A stretch of 55,777 nt of DNA, filler included, from Sphacelaria rigidula (taxonomy: Eukaryota): assembly GCA_964200075.2 (NCBI GenBank). It is 4 parts of 4 records of this genome, joined end to end, with 100 filler letters (N's around TTAATTAATTAA, not from the genome) between each part and the next. Parts side by side here need not be neighbours in the genome. Positions count along the whole stretch, not along the records: positions 41,911 to 55,777 come from CAXNAA020002623.1; 3 more parts are not named here. One strand, given 5' to 3'. Below the pieces are notes generated by a model, which saw only the letters and a program-made list of their open reading frames with translations, was not told the DNA's origin and did no database searches. The position numbers and the translations under genes are program-made. Below, piece by piece: positions 50,170 through 55,777 of the stretch. The stretch's first letter is position 1, and every line of letters begins with the position of its first letter.

Positions 50170-53100
50170 ATGGGTGCCTACAAGTACTTGGAGGAGATCT
50201 GGCGGAAGAAGCAGAGCGATGTGCTCCGCTTTGTACTGCGTGTACGCGCATGGGAGTACCGCCAGCTCCCCCGCGTGGTGAAGGTATCTCACCCGACCAG
50301 GACAGACAAAGCACACCGCCTGGGATACAAGGCCAAGCAGGTGCGGGTGACAGTTGTGCGGGGATGGGGATGCGAGAAATAGGGCAGAGTCCAAAATATG
50401 AGGAAGGTGGCTGTTTAATCGTGGTTGACAGCCGGGCCGCGACGTCCTTGCGTGTTTGTTGTCCACTCTTATGCTCGAGTTTGTGTGGATTCAGAGCAGT
50501 TTGTCTTAAGGTGCTACCGGGTGGTGTAGTGCCGGGGTGCCGAGCATTCCTCATGTGGAGAAACGAAGCACCTGTCTCATCGAAGGAAACATACAAGGGG
50601 CTGAGTCGGGCATGTGCTGTCCACTCAGTTGTGAATCTGTTTGCCGTAATGTCCCATCTTTTCCATGGCTTTGTTCTACATTTCTGAATCACACGTGTGA
50701 GATGCTCCGTGAACCAGCTTCCATCCGCGCTTTCTTGGTGTACAAAGCGTCCCGTTCACACACCTGGGCAGCATGAGAGTTCGTTTCATCAGTGCCGTTC
50801 ACCGGTCTTCATTACAGCCGAAGGACAGCTCTGCACGGCCTATTCGAGTCCCGTACTTCATTAGAGCTCAAAACTGTCCTGCTTGGCGGAAAGGGTCGCA
50901 ATAAGAGAGCCCTTGATGAACTCGCGTCGGCTGATGGCCAGGGGTCTTCGTAATCGGTGTTGCCCCAAACATGGCGTGGAGGGGGTTCTTGCCATTGCGG
51001 GGTCACTATTGAGTGGGTGTTGACTTCATTGTAGCGATTTATTGCTTCGAGCGACGTTTCCGGACAAACGGCTGCTAGCAGCGCGTGTCGCTCGACTATC
51101 TTTTTGGTATGCCCTCGTGTCGGTGAATGCGTCGCTGCAAGTACCAGACGGCGTTGCTGCCATGACCTGCACGGTGGGGGTCGAACGAAGATGATCGATC
51201 CTACGCGTTGGGACAAAACTAAGCAGGGGTCCACTGAGTATGACTGTCGCGCTCGCCAATCTTTGTATGGTCGAGTTGCATGAGTGTCCGATGACAAATG
51301 AGGGGGTGCAGGATAGTGTAGGCAGCTACGCTTGCTTCTCTACGTATCACACCCATTTTACTCGAAGTACCAGAGTCGCTTTTTGGAGTGAGGCTTGACC
51401 CTACTCAATATGCAGGCCCTTTTACATGCCCGCTATCCGTAGTCCCAACCCGAGTGGTGCGAGGGCGACCTGGTAACACTTTCGACTTTACCTAGTCTGA
51501 TCACGCCTGGAGATGGGATCTTGAACACTGGACCCGACGTGTGCCAACGTGCATTCTGCTAGCGAGCGCTTACTTGGTATATCGTGGTCGATGCTCCCTA
51601 GTATTTGCCACATATTCAGTCACTTGCCCCCATTGGCGCATTTGTGTGCTCTCTGAAAGCCCCATTTCTTCGGTATCCCGTGTGTGTCATTTTTCATTTG
51701 ATAGCATACCTCCGATGATATCGGTTGTAGGAATGCGCAGGTCGCGTACTACATCCGCGATGAGTACTATATCCGACATCACGAGAGAAGATATGTGGCA
51801 GCAAGACCTGAAAACATTATGAGACCGTATCCCTTTTCCCCCCGGAAATCATGTCGGCCTGTGGATGTTGTTGCCGCCGAGTCCTTCTATGAGATTCATC
51901 GTGCTATGGCGATGCCACCTGCCGTCCACGTTGTATTGTAGTGCCAGTTTCGGCTTTGCTGATGGATATTTATGTGAAATATTTTGTTGGAAATCGAAAG
52001 CCCGTCGCGTAGGAAAAAAGTCATGAACTTCATCGATATCCGCGATGCACACGGCGACTAGCGGGATGAGAGGGGGATGAGATTGGCTGTGTGCACACGC
52101 ATCGTTTTCACTCACTCCGGTAATCGGTGCGATCTTACCAACGTCGTGGATTAGTGTCCTCCGTGCCAGATTCGTAACCCAAATCGAAGATGTGATCAGG
52201 AAAAATCTGTCCAGCATGAAGCAACCTCCCAAAATAGAATGACTACACTTTATTGCTCCTCTCGTAGGCTTGTGGAGTGGACACCGTGGTTGGTGATCAT
52301 CCCGGTGTATTCTCATAACTTGGATATAATCTCTTCTCATGTCGCGTGTTTCTGCAACCGCTTCTCCTTGTTACCGCTTTCATTTTGTGTCAATGTGCCC
52401 TCAGGGATACACAATGGTGCGCGTAGCGGTCCGCCGCGGCGGGCGCAAGAGGCCCAACGCTAAGGGTATCGTGTACGGTGAGTCTCCTCTGCGGGGATGC
52501 CCGTGCATTTATTTTTGCTCCCGACACACCTCTTGTATTGGTCCTTATGAGCGCTACTTTGTGCGTCGGAACGGCTCAGATTTCGACACTCGAGCTTGTT
52601 TTGTGTTTCGTACTAAAGTCCAGCCGTCATGGAAAAATTGAGGACGGCATCGTATTTGTCGTGGATAAACTCGAGTAGGGAATCGTTGAATGGAACAAAC
52701 AAGTAATACATGGACATTTGGGTCACGGAAATATCATGCACATTGGGCTGATATCTGGAACTCTTGATGATGAAAGTCGCCTTCCCTGTTCAGTCAGTAT
52801 ATTCATAGCCAATCCTTACATGAGATGAAACGCTCATGGGTTACATACTCGTCGAAAATGATCATTTTGCCCTTCGCGTCACGGCAATGAAAATCGCATG
52901 TCAACACTTGCTCTTGTGAAAAAAATCCAGGTTCTCTGGTATGATTTGATACTAGTCCCCATATCGTGGGACATCGATCCACCTCCCGTAGTAAGTCCTT
53001 TCCCCCGTGCACTGCGGTGCCCTCCAGATGAGCCTTGTAAGCTGTCACATGAAACGCGGCACGTGCATTTTCCCGGTGCCCTGAACCTCGTGCATCAACG

Positions 53101-54318
53101 CCATGGTTGATACTATTGTACTCTTGCGACGATTTCTTCCGTCGTGTCCTGGTATCAACACATGTTCCAAGTACCCCACTTGGGGCCGTCCATGATAGCT
53201 CGTACAGAATTCAACCCATGTTTCATGGACGGGAGAGCTCTACTATCAAGAGGATATTTTCGGGAGAGCTCTACTATCAAACACTGTTGAATAATCTTAC
53301 ACATGACTTGCACCTCTGACTACAGGTAAGCCCAAGCACCATGGTATCAACAAGATCAGGGCGGTGCGCAACTTGAGGTCCGTTGCGGAGGAGCGTGTCG
53401 GCGCTAAGTTCACCAACATGCGCGTGCTCAACTCGTACTGGATCAACCAGGACGCCACCTTCAAGTACTACGAGGTATATCACGGCTCGATAGTTTTGCA
53501 TGCTATCAGTAGCTAGACGGCCGAGTAAGAGCAGTTGTTATCGAAATTTCGTCGAAGTCATGTTGCATTTTCCTACTGTCGCTTATTGACTGACCCCGCC
53601 GGGGCGCAGCCGTGTTCACAACATGAACGTGCTCAAGTTGAAGACGACGGAAACACTCGCTGAAAAGGAGCGAAAAAAATCGTCAAGATCAACCGAACTA
53701 AGTATGCCGAAAAATATACTCTCACCTGATGCCATGCCAGCTTGATGCGTGTAGGGTACTACTTCAGTATTGTAACTTTGAACTGCGCAGTACGTGGAGA
53801 TGAGTTTTCCAAGAAACTATATTTTCGGCGGTGGTTGCCGAAACTGTCGAAGGAAATGAGGAGAACACTGATCCCTCAATCGATTGTCCAGCTGGCGAGT
53901 CATACTCGAAACCGTTCCACTTGCCGTCACACGAGATGATGGAACCCGAAACGCGACCGTTTCACAGACAACTCGTCTACAAATGAAAGGGGAGGTCTAT
54001 GAGCCCATACCCGTACGCAAGGATAGCAAGTCAACTCACAGCTCGAGACCCCTTGCCCGGAATTTCTTCTCCTGTTCCTGACGCCATCGCTAGGTGATCA
54101 CCGTAGACCCGTCGCACTCCGCGATCCGCAATGACCCACGCATCCAGTGGATCGCCAAGCCGGTCATGAAGCACCGCGAGTGCCGTGGCCTCACATCTGC
54201 TGGGCGTCAGCACAGGGGCCTGCGCAAGAAGGGCCACCGCGCCAACAACCTTATCGGGTCGTCTCGTCGCTCCGCGTGGAAGCGCCGCAACACCCTCTCC
54301 CTCAAGCGGTACCGCTAG
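50170..54318 (+). CDS. RPL15: 60S ribosomal protein L15 (eL15); exons 50170-50340, 52405-52477, 53326-53474, 54094-54318; 205 aa
   Basis: [21 protein letters not shown]...[23 protein letters not shown]...VYG|KPKHHG...[24 protein letters not shown]...[12 protein letters not shown]...LSLKRYR*. Canonical GT-AG introns with consistent phases. Confidence 0.97.
52762..52828 (+). ncRNA. Candidate intronic box C/D snoRNA in RPL15 intron 2
   Basis: C box ATGATGA at 52767-52773; AGCCAATCCTTA (52807-52818) is complementary to conserved LSU rRNA (T)AAGGATTGGCT; imperfect D/D' box ATGA at 52820-52823. Confidence 0.3.
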
Positions 54319-55720
54319 ACGCAGCGGCGGCATTAGACGCAGTGTCCTCGGCGATGGTTATTTTGCTGCTGCGTTGCTTGCCTTGCTTCGTTACGGAGCT
54401 CGTGTTTGGGGAGGCGGCTGGTATCGGAGGTGGAAGGATGGGACTGAGCGGACAGTGCTGATTTTGATTCTGCTGTTTGGCTACGCGAATGACTTCTTGG
54501 AGGGGGTTTTCCAGGCCGCTGTTCCAAAAATAGGTCGTCAGTCTGTGGGTTTTGCCTGCGGACGTTGGAGACGTGCGTAGTGTGCCTTGGCTAGTTCTAA
54601 AGGGAGAGAGGCGAGAACTAGTGATGTTCTCGTCTTTGGGACCCGTGGCCTGTGAAGTCATGTCAGCGTTGTCTGTACTTCCTTTCTGGTTCCTGGCTGC
54701 TTCTTTGCATGGGTTGCAATGGGACAAATTCGTGAACTTGGAGAAAAAAAATGTGTGAACAGAAACAAGGTGTATCTGACACGACATCTGGGTTTGGAAT
54801 CTCCACAGTGACGATCTATCTCGATCGTCCAGTACCACTGAGACGAGACCGGAGCCCGGACCCGGAAATTTCATGATGGCAACAGGCGTGGGGATGAGTT
54901 TCTGTTCCCGCCCGCGACGACCTGCTCGGAATATATGTAATGACGAGCACTGCTGAGGTATTTTACCTGAACCCGATGTAACTTCCCCCAGTTGAGTGGA
55001 CTACAGTACTGGGATGCCCGAACTGTTGGTACTGGTCATTTCGAAATTGATGATTTTGTTGAGTTCCTTTGTCTGCCACCGCTCATGACATCGAGGATCT
55101 GAAAATACTTGTATCGGCTCCATATTCCAAGAAAATGGGACCATCTGTACTCGACATCGAGTGACCCACGGTCTGATTGATCATGAGGGGTCCTGCTACG
55201 TTTCAGCCCAGATTCGACTCTTCGTGACATTTTGGTCGATCGCGCATGTCCCGTAATCTGCTCTAGTGCCGAATGAGAGTGCTCCATACCCTCGTCATAA
55301 AGGGGAATGAGGTCGATTGATCGATGGACTGTCGTACGTTAACTGACTCCTTAGGGATGAAGCCGTGGTCACATGGTGGATGTACCCAAGACATTCCACA
55401 ATCCACACAACACTACAACATTCGGTATAGAAACAGGACAAGTCGAACATTACGACATAATGCATCAAGACGTGAAGGAAGTAAACAAAAGAGAAGTGCA
55501 GAGAGAAGAGGTGATCAGGAACGAAAACGAGGAGGAAAAGCCCAACCGACCCTAGCCAGCACCGTAGGCACAGCCACATTCCATGGAGCTCCGCAATATT
55601 TGCTCGTATCGCCCGATAATACTGTTACGAAGGCACATTGTTGATAGGTCGGTCATATTTTCGTCAAAGTAGCTTCAAATCCAACAAACTATGGCACAAA
55701 CGAAATTGACCACAACTCGC

Positions 55721-55777
55721 TTAACCCTTTGGGAACCCTCCCCTCCCGTCCCCGGGCCAGACGCCTCATTATAAGAA
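55721..55777. mobile_element. Possible left terminus of another piggyBac-like element
   Basis: TTAA|CCCTTTGGGA resembles the TIR at 18154-18377; window ends. Confidence 0.35.

Noticed and set aside
54302..54874. 190 aa minus-strand ORF
   Set aside because: Antisense to the RPL15 3' end and UTR; low complexity, no domain.
55045..55105. TGATGA...CTGA pair downstream of RPL15 as a snoRNA
   Set aside because: The guide GACATCGAGGAT needs a gap to pair with eukaryotic LSU (GATCCTTCGATGTC), and the span is short.

Overview
Eukaryotic nuclear scaffold. Features: about 50% GC, long GT-AG introns, dense decayed repeats, and three 100-nt gap blocks with TTAATTAATTAA linkers. The RPL15 sequence, intron style and TE types suggest a stramenopile, probably a brown alga (inference). 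Three host genes could be assembled by hand from splice sites and reading phase: (1) a complete 4-exon RPL15 (+, 50170-54318, 205 aa); (2) a multi-exon TAF1C/Rrn6-like RNA Pol I initiation factor (-), head-to-head with RPL15 with 258 bp between start codons; (3) the first three exons of a UBE2Z/USE1-like E2 enzyme (-, 19458-14687), whose catalytic exons are not visible. The rest is mostly transposon-derived. Three decayed Ty3/gypsy LTR elements share an unusual C-terminal chromodomain-like + Tudor-like module; one (28781-36156) retains both LTRs, PBS, PPT and TSD. A ~6.1 kb foldback-like structure has modular inverted arms with ~39-40 bp tandem repeats. Also present: tRNA-derived SINEs, a LINE fragment and several MITE families (piggyBac-like TTAA, Tc1/mariner-like TA, Sola- or Harbinger-like). 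Most entries in the supplied ORF track are not real genes. All protein assignments come from motif recognition by eye, not database searches.
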